In this document: one piece after another, positions 18,178 through 28,369 of the stretch
Layout of the letters: each line of letters starts with the position of its first letter
Numbering within the stretch: position 1 is the first letter of the stretch
Assembly: GCA_024274785.1 (NCBI GenBank)
Contig: JAJSAM010000036.1
Coordinates: forward strand, 14,748 to 78,747
Length of the DNA: 64,000 nucleotides
Reading direction: 5' to 3'
Source of the DNA: Planctomycetota bacterium
Lineage (GTDB): Bacteria > Planctomycetota > JAJSAM01
Notes under the pieces: model-generated
Databases searched by the model: none
Told to the model about the DNA's origin: nothing
What the model saw: only the letters and a program-made list of their open reading frames with translations
Program-made: the position numbers and the translations under genes

Positions 18178-19905
18178 CTAACCGACCGTGGTCGTGGGGT
18201 CGTACATCTCGATGTATCCGCACGGGCACTGCTCCGCGCACTTGTCACAACCCTTGCAGAATTCGAGCTTGACCCGGTAGGGCTCGCCCGCCTGCAGGGG
18301 CTTGATGATGGCGCTGTCCTGGCAGTAGCTCCAGCACGTGCCGCAGTCGAAACACGAACCGCAGCTCATGCAACGCATCGCTTCCCTGACAGCCTGTTCT
18401 TCGGTGAGTCCGGACTCGATTTCGCTCTCCGGATCATTGAAACGATCCTCGACGGAGAGGTGACCGCACTGCTCGCGCAGGAGCTTCTCGTAGTAGGTCA
18501 GGACCATCCGGTCGGCCTTGATGACGGGCCGGTCTTCGGCCTGCTCGAGTTCGATACCGCGCAATCTGGCGTGGATCGTGTCCGCGGCGAGGCGCCCCTG
18601 GAAGATGGCGATGGTCACCAGGCCGAGGTTCACGTCGTCTCCCCCGGAGAAGACCATGCCTTCCTTCGTTTCTCCGCCCTCGTCGACCTTGATCCAGTCG
18701 CGCCCCTCCACCAGGCTCTCGAAGCCATCGAATTCGGGGGCCTGGCTGATCGCGGCGACGATGGTGTCGGCGAAGATGGTGAACTCCTCCCCCTCGACCG
18801 GTACGGGGCGACGGCGGCCGGATTCGTCCGGTTCGCCGAGTTCGCACACCTGGCACCGCATGCCGGCGCACTTGCCGTCTTCGGTGAGGATCTCGATCGG
18901 CGCCGCGAGGAACTTGAGGTCGACACCCTCTTCCTCCGCTCCGAGGATCTCCTCATCGATGGCGGGCATCTCGTCGCGGGTGCGGCGGTAGACGATGGTC
19001 ACCTTCGCGCCGTGGCGACGGGACATCCGGGCCGCGTCGATGGCGGTATCGCCACCACCGATGACCAGCACACGCTTGCCGACATCGACCTCCACACCGC
19101 TGTTCACGGCGTTGAGGAACGAGGTGCCGGTCCACATCCCAGCCGCATCCTCGCCGGGAATGCCGAGCAACCGACCCTGATGGGCGCCGATGCCGACGAA
19201 CACGGCCTGGTTCCGCTCCCGCAACTCGGCGAGGGAGATGTCCTTCCCCACGACCGTGTTGAGCTTCAGCGTGACACCGAGGTCGACGATCCGCTGGACC
19301 TCGTGATCGATGACCTCCCGGGGAAGGCGGTAAGCCGGGATGCCATAGCGCAGCATTCCACCCGCCTTCGGGAAGGCTTCGTAGATGGTCACCGCGTAGC
19401 CCTTCAGGGCGAGGTGATATGCAGTGCTGAGCCCGGCGGGACCGGAACCGATCACCGCGACGGACTCGTCATACGTCTTCTCCGGGGCCTTGAACTCGAG
19501 CCCGTGCTCGATGGCCCAGTCCCCCACGAACCGCTCGACGTTGTTGATACTCGCCGGAGCGTCCACTTCGTTCCGGTTGCACTCCGTCTCGCAGGGGTGA
19601 GGACAGACCCGGCCGCAGACCGCCGGCAGGGGATTCTTCGCCGTCAGCATCCGGAAAACTTCGTTCCAGGTCTCCCTGCGGTCGACACCCAGCTTCTCGC
19701 CGGCGGCGATCTTCGTCAGGATGCCACGAATGTCCGTCCCCTGGGGGCAGCCCATCCGGCACGGCGGGTTCTTCTCGACATATCTGGGCCTGCGGGGAGA
19801 CTGCTCGGTGGCCGAGCCGCTGGAACCGGAGCTTCTCAGGCTCCCCAGCTTCTTCTTTTTCTTTCCGCTGCTTCTCTTGATGCCCACGTGGGCCTCACTT
19901 TCCAT
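18178..19905 (-). CDS. dsrL: DsrL Fe-S flavoprotein, NADP(H)-type (DsrL-2)
   Basis: RPRYVEKNPPCRMGCP, CGRVCPHPCE, GSGPAG, GGGDTAID..YRR, C-terminal CMSCGSCFDCGTC / CKGCDKCAEQCP; 575 aa; inside the dsr operon. Confidence 0.9.
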   Translation of the reverse strand: MESEAHVGIKRSSGKKKKKLGSLRSSGSSGSATEQSPRRPRYVEKNPPCRMGCPQGTDIRGILTKIAAGEKLGVDRRETWNEVFRMLTAKNPLPAVCGRVCPHPCETECNRNEVDAPASINNVERFVGDWAIEHGLEFKAPEKTYDESVAVIGSGPAGLSTAYHLALKGYAVTIYEAFPKAGGMLRYGIPAYRLPREVIDHEVQRIVDLGVTLKLNTVVGKDISLAELRERNQAVFVGIGAHQGRLLGIPGEDAAGMWTGTSFLNAVNSGVEVDVGKRVLVIGGGDTAIDAARMSRRHGAKVTIVYRRTRDEMPAIDEEILGAEEEGVDLKFLAAPIEILTEDGKCAGMRCQVCELGEPDESGRRRPVPVEGEEFTIFADTIVAAISQAPEFDGFESLVEGRDWIKVDEGGETKEGMVFSGGDDVNLGLVTIAIFQGRLAADTIHARLRGIELEQAEDRPVIKADRMVLTYYEKLLREQCGHLSVEDRFNDPESEIESGLTEEQAVREAMRCMSCGSCFDCGTCWSYCQDSAIIKPLQAGEPYRVKLEFCKGCDKCAEQCPCGYIEMYDPTTTVG

Positions 19906-19946
19906 ATCAGGGCCGTGCGTGGCCGGCCGTCACTCTTCCGAGTCGC

Positions 19947-20390
19947 TCACCAGCCGTATGGATACAGGTTGCGCTTGATGTCCTCGAGGCTCTCCAGCAT
20001 CCGGTGATGCTTCTCCTCGTCGGCGAGGAGGTAGGACAGGAAGTAACGGATCACCGGGTGACCGGCGGAACGGCGCGCATCGTGTGCCATGGAGATCGTG
20101 GCCTGCTCGAGCTGGTCATGCTCGTCGAGCTTGTCCCAGATCAGAGCGACATCTTCCGGCGACAGCGTGAAGGCCTGCTTCGTCAGACCGTCGATCATGA
20201 GCTGCTGCACGCGGCGATGCTGGCCGGAGTCCTGCTTGATGATCTCGAGGATCTCCTTCAGCACCGGATTGTCCGTGGTGCCCTGGAGCTCGGTGAGGAA
20301 AGTGATGCCTTCGACCTCGAGAGCCTGCCAGTTCGCCAGCAGCGCCACGAGGTCTTCCATCTGTTCCTTCTGCGTCTTCTTCTCCGTCAT
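19947..20390 (-). CDS. Uncharacterised ferritin-like four-helix protein in the dsr operon
   Basis: Two helical-hairpin halves, WQALE..QDSGQH and DQLE..ADEEKH; SD GGGAGAG; start abuts the dsrN stop. Confidence 0.7.
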   Translation of the reverse strand: MTEKKTQKEQMEDLVALLANWQALEVEGITFLTELQGTTDNPVLKEILEIIKQDSGQHRRVQQLMIDGLTKQAFTLSPEDVALIWDKLDEHDQLEQATISMAHDARRSAGHPVIRYFLSYLLADEEKHHRMLESLEDIKRNLYPYGW

Positions 20391-20391
20391 G

Positions 20392-21858
20392 TCACTCTCC
20401 CGCTTGATGACCATGCGACGTTACGAAGTTCGTCCCGGGTGCGTTAGCACTCACGGCCCGGCGCTCAGTGGCGACTTTCCGGGCGCGGCGAACCAGGGCC
20501 GAAGCCCAGGCCGGCGTTCCGAGCGCGTGCAGGTGAAGCCAGGTGGCGAGGACGTTTCGCTTCGTGATGCCGTCCCGGCCATCCTGACCTCCGGCTCCGC
20601 GCCGGACCGTGAAAGCGAATTGCGACGGCAGGGTTCCCCCGACGATCTTCGAATAGTGAAACTCGTGTCCACGGAGCACGGTCCCCTCCGGAAAGAAGGG
20701 GTTCTCCCGATCCACCACCATCTCCGCGTAGCCGTGCCCCCGCGGCCGGGTGTGCACTTCGATATCGAGGTCGAAGACGCCGCAGAGTTCGGTACTTTCG
20801 CCCTCGAAGCGAACCGAGCGGCAGAGGTAGATCAGCCCACCACATTCCGCATAGACCGGTAAGCCGGCCCGTGCCTCCCGGCGGACGGATCGCATCAACC
20901 CCTGGTTGCCGGACAAGGCCCCGGCATGAGTCTCCGGAAAGCCCCCGCCCAGATACAGGAGGTCCACGTCCGGCAGCCTCGTATCCGAAAGAGAGGAGAT
21001 CGGAACCAGTTCCGCCCCGGCGTCCTCGAGAGCCTCGAGATTCTCGGGGTAATAGAAGGTGAACGCCGAGTCCCGAAACACGCCGATGCGGACCGGAGTC
21101 CCGGAGCGCACCGCCGGATGGTCGGGGGGGAGTTCCGGGATTGCGCCGGAAGTACGGGCCAGGTCGATCAGGTGGTCGAGGTCCACGTGATCCCGGGCGA
21201 TCACGCCCAGTCTCCGAACCACCTCTCCCATGCGCCGGTGCTCCTCCGGGGGCACCAGGCCGAGATGACGGTCCGGTAGCGGGTCCGTGCCCGAAAGTCG
21301 CGGGATCGCACCCACCACGGGGACTCCGGTCTCTTCTTCGATGGCTCTCGTGACTTCCTGCGCGTGCCGGCTCCCCCCCACCCGATTCGCGATGACGCCG
21401 GCGAGGGCGGTCTCCGGACTGAGCGCCTTGACTCCAGCCACGATGGCCGCAGCCGTCCGGGTTACCTTCGTCACGTCGATCACGAGAATCACGGGAGCCT
21501 TGATGAGCCGGGAGAGCGCAGCAGTGCTGTGTCCCTCGAACCCATCCAGAATTCCCCGGTTTCCCTCGACGATCGCGATGTCGGTCCCGGCCGAGTTCCG
21601 GCGTACGGAGCGGAGCACCTCCTCCTCCCCCATGATCCAGGTATCCAGATTGCGGGCGGGGCGGTCGGTCGCGCGGCTGAGCCAGGAGGCGTCGATGTAG
21701 TCCGGTCCCTTCTTGAAGGCGGACACAACGAGCCCGGCCTGGCGCCACGCCGTGGCGAGACCGAGGGTGACAAGGGTCTTGCCCGAGTCTCCCCCGGTAC
21801 CCGCCACCACGAGCTTTCCGGGTGCATCCGACATCCGCAGATCGGCGCTAGCCCGCAT
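20392..21858 (-). CDS. dsrN: DsrN, siroheme a-amide synthase (cobyrinate a,c-diamide synthase family)
   Basis: GGDSGKT, FKKGPDYID, RNLD, GGGFPE, YAECGG, GHEFHYS; follows dsrD. Confidence 0.93.
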   Translation of the reverse strand: MRASADLRMSDAPGKLVVAGTGGDSGKTLVTLGLATAWRQAGLVVSAFKKGPDYIDASWLSRATDRPARNLDTWIMGEEEVLRSVRRNSAGTDIAIVEGNRGILDGFEGHSTAALSRLIKAPVILVIDVTKVTRTAAAIVAGVKALSPETALAGVIANRVGGSRHAQEVTRAIEEETGVPVVGAIPRLSGTDPLPDRHLGLVPPEEHRRMGEVVRRLGVIARDHVDLDHLIDLARTSGAIPELPPDHPAVRSGTPVRIGVFRDSAFTFYYPENLEALEDAGAELVPISSLSDTRLPDVDLLYLGGGFPETHAGALSGNQGLMRSVRREARAGLPVYAECGGLIYLCRSVRFEGESTELCGVFDLDIEVHTRPRGHGYAEMVVDRENPFFPEGTVLRGHEFHYSKIVGGTLPSQFAFTVRRGAGGQDGRDGITKRNVLATWLHLHALGTPAWASALVRRARKVATERRAVSANAPGTNFVTSHGHQAGE

Positions 21859-21861
21859 TTC

Positions 21862-21963
21862 TCACCAGTTCACACGATCTGAGGGGCGGTCGCGGCGCAT
21901 CGCGGCGTCAGACCTCCTCCGGGATGGGAAGGCGTCGCGTCGTCGGTCTTCCAAGCGCAGCAT
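21862..21963 (-). CDS. Putative 33-aa Arg-rich small ORF upstream of dsrN
   Basis: GAGGAGG SD 9 nt before the ATG; MLRLEDRRRDAFPSRRRSDAAMRRDRPSDRVNW*; stop 3 nt before the dsrN ATG. Confidence 0.3.
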   Translation of the reverse strand: MLRLEDRRRDAFPSRRRSDAAMRRDRPSDRVNW

Positions 21964-22079
21964 CCGCGCCGGCCTCCTCAGATACACCCTGTTACCGCTG
22001 CAACCCGCCAGAACGCGCCCCCCTTCCGGTAGTTTCCACAGTTGCAGAAACGAGGCGCGCCCTCATGAGAACAGCGGGC

Positions 22080-22337
22080 CTAGTTCTCCGCGCCCTCCTT
22101 GTGCGGCATTTCGATGAAAGAGCCACCGAAATAGGTGTAGACGCAGCGCTCGGTCTCGATGAGCAGCTTGATGGCCTTCTTACAGGCCTTCTTGTCCACC
22201 CGGTCCTCGCCGAACAACTCGATCATCATCTTGACGAGGTCGCCGGGCTTCAGTTTCTTCAGACCCTGAGCGGCAGCCACCTGCTTCTCCATGGCGTCTG
22301 CGATTTCTTCCGTCGTAGCCGAGTCCGCCATAACCAT
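22080..22337 (-). CDS. dsrD: DsrD
   Basis: KKLKPGDL, CVYTYFGGSFIEMP winged-helix signature; directly after dsrB; start may be 22331. Confidence 0.92.
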   Translation of the reverse strand: MVMADSATTEEIADAMEKQVAAAQGLKKLKPGDLVKMMIELFGEDRVDKKACKKAIKLLIETERCVYTYFGGSFIEMPHKEGAEN

Positions 22338-22340
22338 CTC

Positions 22341-23423
22341 CTAGTGCACGATCTGGGTCGACCGCTTGAAAGTCAGCCCGGCGTGCTTGAAGTCGTCGAT
22401 GTGTTCCTTCTGGAACTCGATTCCCGCCATCTTGAAGAACTTGGGCCAGGTGATGCGGTTGATCCACTCACCCATGCGCTCGAAGGGCTTCGCGTTCGCG
22501 GCCCAGAGCTCGACGAGCTTGAGAATCACATCCGTTACTTCCGGCCACCGCGGCGGGTTGTTCGGAATGTACGGTATGGCGAGCTTGCTGAACATCGGCT
22601 CGGATCGAGCATTGCTGACCTTGCCGCCCACCCAGATCGACACGCCGTCGTTCTCGGGGTCGTTCAGAGGCATCGACGGACATACCGTGAAGCAGTTCGC
22701 GCAGTACATGCACTGCTCTTCGATGACCTCGACGGAGGGCGTACCGTCCACCTGAGTCGGCCGGATGGCCGCGGTCGGACAGGCCGAAACCACGTTCGGG
22801 ATCTCACAGATCTTGGCGACCTGAGTGTGATCCGTGCGCGGGGCCTTGCGGTGGATACCGAGAATGGCGATGTCCGAGCAGTGGACCGCGCCACACATGT
22901 TCAGGCAGCAGGCCAGCGCGATGCGCAGCTTGCCGGGGAGCTTCTTCTCGCCGTTGAAGTAGGGGTGCACCACGTCCATGACCGCCTTGACAACGCCGGA
23001 GGCGTCCGTCGCGGCAGAGTGGCAGTGGACCCATCCCTGGGTGTGAACGATGCTGGTGATCGCCGCCCCGATGCCACCGACCGACACCCCCATCGCGGCC
23101 AGATCGGCGATAAGGGGGTCGATGTTCGCATCATAGGTGAGCAGGAACTCGATGTTGTGACGACTGGTGAAGCGGAGGTAGCCGTCGCAGTACTTGTCCG
23201 CGAGGTCCGCGAACTGGCGCAGCCGGTAGATGGAAACGAGACGGGCGCCGGCGGCACGAACCGTGTAGAGCTTGTCGCCCGTCGCACCGACGTGAACCAT
23301 GACACCCGGCTTCAGGACCTCGTGGTACTTCCAGGTCCCGTAGTTCTCCTTGCAGATCGGGGGCATCAGCTTGTCGTGATGAGGGGGGCCGATGTCCGTG
23401 ACCCGCTTGACTTTTTCCGCCAT
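22341..23423 (-). CDS. dsrB: Dissimilatory sulfite reductase beta subunit
   Basis: [37 protein letters not shown]. Confidence 0.98.
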   Translation of the reverse strand: MAEKVKRVTDIGPPHHDKLMPPICKENYGTWKYHEVLKPGVMVHVGATGDKLYTVRAAGARLVSIYRLRQFADLADKYCDGYLRFTSRHNIEFLLTYDANIDPLIADLAAMGVSVGGIGAAITSIVHTQGWVHCHSAATDASGVVKAVMDVVHPYFNGEKKLPGKLRIALACCLNMCGAVHCSDIAILGIHRKAPRTDHTQVAKICEIPNVVSACPTAAIRPTQVDGTPSVEVIEEQCMYCANCFTVCPSMPLNDPENDGVSIWVGGKVSNARSEPMFSKLAIPYIPNNPPRWPEVTDVILKLVELWAANAKPFERMGEWINRITWPKFFKMAGIEFQKEHIDDFKHAGLTFKRSTQIVH

Positions 23424-23464
23424 GCTCAAATCTCCTTTGGGATCGTTTTTGATGGAGGTTGGCC

Positions 23465-24658
23465 CTACTCGTCCTCGTCCTCGTCCTCGGACAGGTCGTA
23501 GAACACGTACGGGTTTTCGCGTGGGAAGGCGACCATCTCGGGCTCCGGGTCGAGCCCGATCGCCTCGAGGAAGTTACCCATTCCAACGCGCTGAATGAAT
23601 TCACCCACGCGCTCACGGTTCTTGCCTTCCTCACTCCAGACATCCCAGATCGCCTCGACGAGGTCCTTGAGATCCTCGTAGGGCTCTTCCGGCTTCCAGA
23701 ACGGGACCAGGACGGAAGAAAGCAGCGCACCCTCGACAATCGGCGCCTTGGATCCGATCAGAATGGTGGCGCCCCGATCCTTCCCGGGTGCGAGGGCCTT
23801 CGGCATGGCGTTGATGCAGTGCATGCACTTGCGGCAGTACTCGTCATCGATCTCGAGTTTCTCACCGTCCCACTTCATACACTTCGCGGGGCAGTTCAGA
23901 ACCACGTCGTTGAAAATGTCCAGGCCGTTGTCGGCGTACTTCCTGACCTCGGCATCGTCCTTCACGATCTCGTCCCGCCAGGTGCCGATAATCGACAAGT
24001 CGGAGCGGGCAATGGCGGCCACACAGTCGTTCGGGCAGCCGGACATCTTGAACTTCCACTTGTACGGGAACATCGGCCGGTGCAGCTCGTCCTGGTACGA
24101 CATCGTCAGGTCGTAGGTCAGACCGAGGGTGTCGTAGCAGGCCCACTCACAGCGGGCGGGGCCGACGCAGCAGCTGGGGGTCCGCACGTCCGAGCCGGAT
24201 CCACCGAGGTCGAAGCCCTTTTCGGTCAGCTTCTTGAAAGTCGGCTCCAGCTCCGGAGTGCTCGTCCCGAGGAGAACGATGTCCCCCGTCGAGCCGTGCA
24301 TGTTGGTGAGCCCGGAGCCGTGCTCCTCCCAGATGTCGCAGATGTCACGCAGAGCCTTGCTGGTGTAGAACCAGCCCGCGGGCTGATTGACACGCAGCGT
24401 GTGGAAGTGGCTGACGCCGGGGAAGTCATCGGGGAGGTCGGAGTAGCGCCCGATGACGCCTCCGCCATAACCGAGGACACCCACGATTCCACCGTGCTTC
24501 CAGTGTCCGATTCGTTCCCGGTACGAGCGTTCGAGCTGTCCCAGGAGGTCCCTGGCCTCTTCGTGATGTTCTGCGGCTTGCTTGATCTCCGTCACGAAGC
24601 TGGGCCACGGTCCCTTCTCAAGTTCGTCAAGAAGGGGAGTTTCGGGTAGTTCCGCCAT
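23465..24658 (-). CDS. dsrA: Dissimilatory sulfite reductase alpha subunit
   Basis: [61 protein letters not shown]. Confidence 0.98.
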   Translation of the reverse strand: MAELPETPLLDELEKGPWPSFVTEIKQAAEHHEEARDLLGQLERSYRERIGHWKHGGIVGVLGYGGGVIGRYSDLPDDFPGVSHFHTLRVNQPAGWFYTSKALRDICDIWEEHGSGLTNMHGSTGDIVLLGTSTPELEPTFKKLTEKGFDLGGSGSDVRTPSCCVGPARCEWACYDTLGLTYDLTMSYQDELHRPMFPYKWKFKMSGCPNDCVAAIARSDLSIIGTWRDEIVKDDAEVRKYADNGLDIFNDVVLNCPAKCMKWDGEKLEIDDEYCRKCMHCINAMPKALAPGKDRGATILIGSKAPIVEGALLSSVLVPFWKPEEPYEDLKDLVEAIWDVWSEEGKNRERVGEFIQRVGMGNFLEAIGLDPEPEMVAFPRENPYVFYDLSEDEDEDE

Positions 24659-24837
24659 GCCGCAATCCTCCTCGATCCTGCCTACTCAGCTTTACCTTCT
24701 CGTTGTGCCCCGTCTCCAGACCGAACGGCGGGAGAGTTCGGGGATCGTTGCCTTCGCGTTCATCGGACGGGATCGATCATGCGCCGTCCGGCACTTTGCC
24801 GAAGCCTTGGGATCCCATCCCGAACCGCAGGTTGTGG

Positions 24838-24853
24838 CGCAAACCGTACGCCA
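24838..24853 (-). promoter_or_regulatory. sigma54 (-24/-12) promoter of the dsr operon
   Basis: Minus strand TGGCGTACGGTTTGCG: GG-N10-GC with TT before GC; about 180 bp upstream of dsrA. Confidence 0.75.
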
Positions 24854-25058
24854 ATCCGGACCGGTGAAGAGGGGACTCACAACCATCTACCAGAGAAGGA
24901 CTTACAGAGCAGCAAGGACTGTTCGATCGCTCGCTCGGAGCCACCCGGCGGTGTGGATGGAGCTTACGGCCAGGAAGCGCCCGGCCGAAGAGGAACGCCA
25001 TAACCATCGCAAGTACAACAATTTACACCGACACGCCCCACCACCCGCACTCACCCGT

Positions 25059-25074
25059 GTTACATCGTTGTAAC
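25059..25074. promoter_or_regulatory. Candidate enhancer (UAS) palindrome, dsr side
   Basis: Perfect palindrome GTTAC-ATCGTT-GTAAC, 206 bp from the -24 element. Confidence 0.65.
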
Positions 25075-25169
25075 GAAGACCTAAGCCGCCTGAATTAAAG
25101 AACTTAGATCGACCGAAGCCCTCTCCCCCCCCATGTTCGTACGGCGGTGGAGGCGTTGCTCCCGAGCCA

Positions 25170-25191
25170 TGTTACGAATGCGCTACGGTTC
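25170..25191. promoter_or_regulatory. Second candidate UAS box, dsr side
   Basis: TGTTAC-GAATG-CGCTACGGTTC; matches 38367-38388 at 17 of 22 positions. Confidence 0.6.
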
Positions 25192-25298
25192 CCACCCACC
25201 AGCCCGGAATCAACGGGTTCAGGGCCGGTCGCCCGGGTATTCTCGATGCACTGGCACTCTCAGGCGGGAAGCCACGCGCGCCACACACCTCTGGTCCA

Positions 25299-26753
25299 TT
25301 GGCAATGCTCAAAGCACGGTCTGCCAGGTATCAACTCGTGATCAGCGCCATCATCCTGATCGGTGGCGGATTCGCGGGGATGATGGCGATCCGCTGGTGG
25401 GACCGTTTCCTGGTCGGCGAGGCCCTCGAGGAGCGCCAGGTCCTGGTCCGCAGCATCGCCATCGGCGCGGAGGCCATTCTCTCCCGTCACGGACCCGAGG
25501 ATGCTTCCGCCCTCGCCGACATTCTGGAACGGATCAGGCAGGAGTCTGAATTCGACGCGGTTCGGCTCGTGATCCTGTCGCCGGATGGGCAGGTCATCTC
25601 CGGCACCGGCACCTCCGATCCTGAGGACCGGATCCACTCCCGCCTTGAGCCCGGGGTCCGGATCATCGACGAGGAAGAGGGCCCGGTGGCGGGCATTCTG
25701 GTCATCGAGCCATTGGCCGGAGACGGATCGAAAGACGGTTTCCTGGTCGTGGAGTTCGGGATGTCCACCGTGAAGCGGGGCACAGTCCGCGCACTCATGA
25801 TCATCGTGATGCTGGTGACCGGCGGGGTACTGATCACCACGTTTTTCGTCGGCTATCTCATCCGGCGCTGGGTGAATCCCATCGAGAGACTCTCCCGCAC
25901 CATGAGCGAGGTGCAGGACGGAAACCTCGATGTCGAGCTGGACGAGAGCAGAACCGACGAGATCGGGGATCTGGGCCGCCACTTCAACGAGATGCTGAAG
26001 AGTATCCGCGCGGCGCGGGGCCAGTCGCTGAACCTGGCCCGCAAGCAGGCAAATGTCGAGAAGTTCGCGGCCCTCGGCCGTCTGTCCGCCGGCGTCGCTC
26101 ACGAGATCAACAACCCGGTGGGCGGCATCATCACCTGCATCGAAACCATGCGAAAGCTCGAGCAGGGTTCGGAGCGGTTCGAGGAGTACCTCGACCTGGT
26201 GCACTCCGGCCTCGAGCGCATCGGGAAGATCGTCATGCAGCTCCTCAGGTTCGCCCGCCAGCCGGAAGGAGAGCGGGCCGAACTGAACCTGAACGCCATC
26301 CTGAAAGAAGTCATGGTCCTCTCGCTCTTCCATAACCGGGACGAAGAGGTCGAGGTCGTGCTCAGGTTCGGAGAGATTCCGATCATCCGGGCCGCCCCGG
26401 ACCTGCTGAACCAGATCTTCCTGAACCTGGTGCTGAACGCGCTGCAGGAGATGCCGAACGGCGGCACGCTCACCGTCTCCACCTGGGCGGAAGGGAATCA
26501 CGTGGCCGCGTCCTTCGCGGACACCGGGCCGGGGATCGCGGATGAAAACCTGGAGCGGATCTTCGAGCCGTTCTTCACCACCAAGGACGTCGGGGTCGGC
26601 ACGGGCCTCGGGCTCTCGGTGGCCCTTGGAATCATCGAGGCTCACGGGGGTACGATCTCCGTAACCAACCGCGAGCAGGGCGGCGCCTGCTTCACGGTGA
26701 CTCTGCCCATCGACGCTTCGGAGCCCGTCAGGATGAAAGCCGCGGAGAGATAG
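25299..26753 (+). CDS. Membrane sensor histidine kinase (2 TM, extracytoplasmic domain, HAMP, HisKA, HATPase)
   Basis: Two TM helices; [27 protein letters not shown]; VAHEINNPV; GTGLGLS; start may be ATG 25305. Confidence 0.93.
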   Translation: MAMLKARSARYQLVISAIILIGGGFAGMMAIRWWDRFLVGEALEERQVLVRSIAIGAEAILSRHGPEDASALADILERIRQESEFDAVRLVILSPDGQVISGTGTSDPEDRIHSRLEPGVRIIDEEEGPVAGILVIEPLAGDGSKDGFLVVEFGMSTVKRGTVRALMIIVMLVTGGVLITTFFVGYLIRRWVNPIERLSRTMSEVQDGNLDVELDESRTDEIGDLGRHFNEMLKSIRAARGQSLNLARKQANVEKFAALGRLSAGVAHEINNPVGGIITCIETMRKLEQGSERFEEYLDLVHSGLERIGKIVMQLLRFARQPEGERAELNLNAILKEVMVLSLFHNRDEEVEVVLRFGEIPIIRAAPDLLNQIFLNLVLNALQEMPNGGTLTVSTWAEGNHVAASFADTGPGIADENLERIFEPFFTTKDVGVGTGLGLSVALGIIEAHGGTISVTNREQGGACFTVTLPIDASEPVRMKAAER

Positions 26754-26755
26754 GA

Positions 26756-28120
26756 ATGAAGCGCAAGAAGACCATTCGGTTGCTCGTCATCGAAGACGAA
26801 CCCATCCTCAGGAGGACCGTCACGGATCGGCTGACCGACGAGGGTTACGCGGTTCGGGCGGAGAAGGACGGAACCTCCGGGCTCAATGCCTGGCACGAGC
26901 AGCCGTTCGACCTGATCCTCCTCGACCTGGTCATGCCGGGTATCGGCGGCATGAAGGTGCTCGAGGAGATCAGGGCCGAGGACGCGGATGTTCCGATCAT
27001 CATCATGAGCGCGCACGGCACCGTGGAGACCGCGGTAGAGGCCATGAAGCTCGGCTCGAGCGAGTTCATCACCAAACCCTTCAGTCTGGAGGAACTCAGC
27101 AATCGCATCCAGACGTTCGCCGACCTCCTCAGACTGAAACAGGAGAACCTGCACCTCAAATCTCAACTGGCGGAGCGGCCGATCATCGGCAACAGCCGCG
27201 CCATCCAGGACGTGATGGAGCAGATCGGGATCGTCGCCGGCAACCACGCCACCGTCCTCATCACGGGAGAGAGCGGCACCGGAAAGGAACTCGTCGCACA
27301 GGCGATCCACGCCCAGAGCCCCCACGCCGGGGGAACCTTCGTCAAGGTGAGTTGCCCGTCTCTGCCCGAGACCCTGCTCGAAGCGGAACTCTTCGGCCAC
27401 GAGAAAGGCGCGTTTACCGGCGCCTATCAGCGAAAGGTCGGCCGGTTCGAACTCGCCGACGAGGGGACCATCTTCCTCGATGAAATCGGGGACATTTCAC
27501 AACTCGTGCAGGTGAAGCTGCTGCGCGTTCTCCAGGAGCATTCCTTCGAACGTGTGGGCGGCACGGCGACCATCACCCCTCACACGCGCGTGGTCTGCGC
27601 CACCCGGTTCGACCTGAAGGAGATGGTGGACCAGGGCCGGTTCCGGGAAGACCTCTTCTACCGCCTGAACGTGGTCACCATTGAGGTGCCGCCCCTCGCG
27701 AAGCGCCCCGACGACATCCCGCTGCTCGTCGAGCACTTCATGACCCGCGCGAACTTCAACATGGGGAAGCAGGTCACCCAGGTGGCACCGTCCTGCATGA
27801 AGCTCCTGATGGCTTACCCCTGGCCCGGCAATATCCGCCAGTTGGAAAACACCATCGAACGCGCGGTGATGTTCAGTCAGACGAAGGTGATCACCATCGC
27901 CGATCTCTGTTCGGAACTCCACCACTACCGGGATGAGGTGAAGGACCTCTGTCCGGATGAGTTCGACATCCACTGCCAGGTCCGCCAGACGGAAAGGCAG
28001 TGCATCATCAAGGCCCTGCAGCGGACGGGTGGGAACCGGTCGAGGGCGGCGGACCTGCTGGGCATCTCCCGGAAGCGGCTTTGGGAGAAGATCAAGGAGC
28101 TTCATGTGTTGGTGGATTGA
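26756..28120 (+). CDS. NtrC-family sigma54-dependent response regulator (REC-AAA+-HTH)
   Basis: LLDLVMPG; GESGTGKE; GAFTGA; FLDEIG; WPGNIRQL; GNRSRAADLLGISRKRL. Confidence 0.95.
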   Translation: MKRKKTIRLLVIEDEPILRRTVTDRLTDEGYAVRAEKDGTSGLNAWHEQPFDLILLDLVMPGIGGMKVLEEIRAEDADVPIIIMSAHGTVETAVEAMKLGSSEFITKPFSLEELSNRIQTFADLLRLKQENLHLKSQLAERPIIGNSRAIQDVMEQIGIVAGNHATVLITGESGTGKELVAQAIHAQSPHAGGTFVKVSCPSLPETLLEAELFGHEKGAFTGAYQRKVGRFELADEGTIFLDEIGDISQLVQVKLLRVLQEHSFERVGGTATITPHTRVVCATRFDLKEMVDQGRFREDLFYRLNVVTIEVPPLAKRPDDIPLLVEHFMTRANFNMGKQVTQVAPSCMKLLMAYPWPGNIRQLENTIERAVMFSQTKVITIADLCSELHHYRDEVKDLCPDEFDIHCQVRQTERQCIIKALQRTGGNRSRAADLLGISRKRLWEKIKELHVLVD

Positions 28121-28191
28121 GGAGGCGGCCCGCACGGAAGGCGAACGGCCGGAGAACCGTCGCGGCACCGACGGATCGAAAGCAGGGGTAA

Positions 28192-28349
28192 GGGCTCGTG
28201 CAAGAATAAGTTCGCAGGACCGAGAGCGGTGATGCGCCCGCCCGGCAAGGCGCGAGGAGCGCGCAGCCCTACTGGTTTCGACCGACGAGCAACGCAGCTT
28301 GAGGGGATGCGGCAGCCCCCGAATCCCGAAGTTATTCCTGCGCGGGCCC
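28192..28349 (+). mobile_element. MITE/REP-like palindromic element, copy 2
   Basis: 158 bp; TIRs GGGCTCGTGCAAGAATAA / TTATTCCTGCGCGGGCCC; about ten mismatches to copy 4 by eye. Confidence 0.8.
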
Positions 28350-28369
28350 CAGGGGGCCGCGAGACCGCT

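Noticed and set aside
8963-24658. Oxidative (reverse) Dsr interpretation based on dsrL
   Set aside because: dsrD is present, dsrEFH is absent from the window, and DsrL has the NADP-type YRR motif. Reductive is more parsimonious, but phylogeny is needed.
25252-25267. TGGCAC upstream of the sensor kinase as a sigma54 promoter
   Set aside because: No GC at the -12 position (TGGCACTCTCAGGCGG); the same applies to TGGCAC at 58401.
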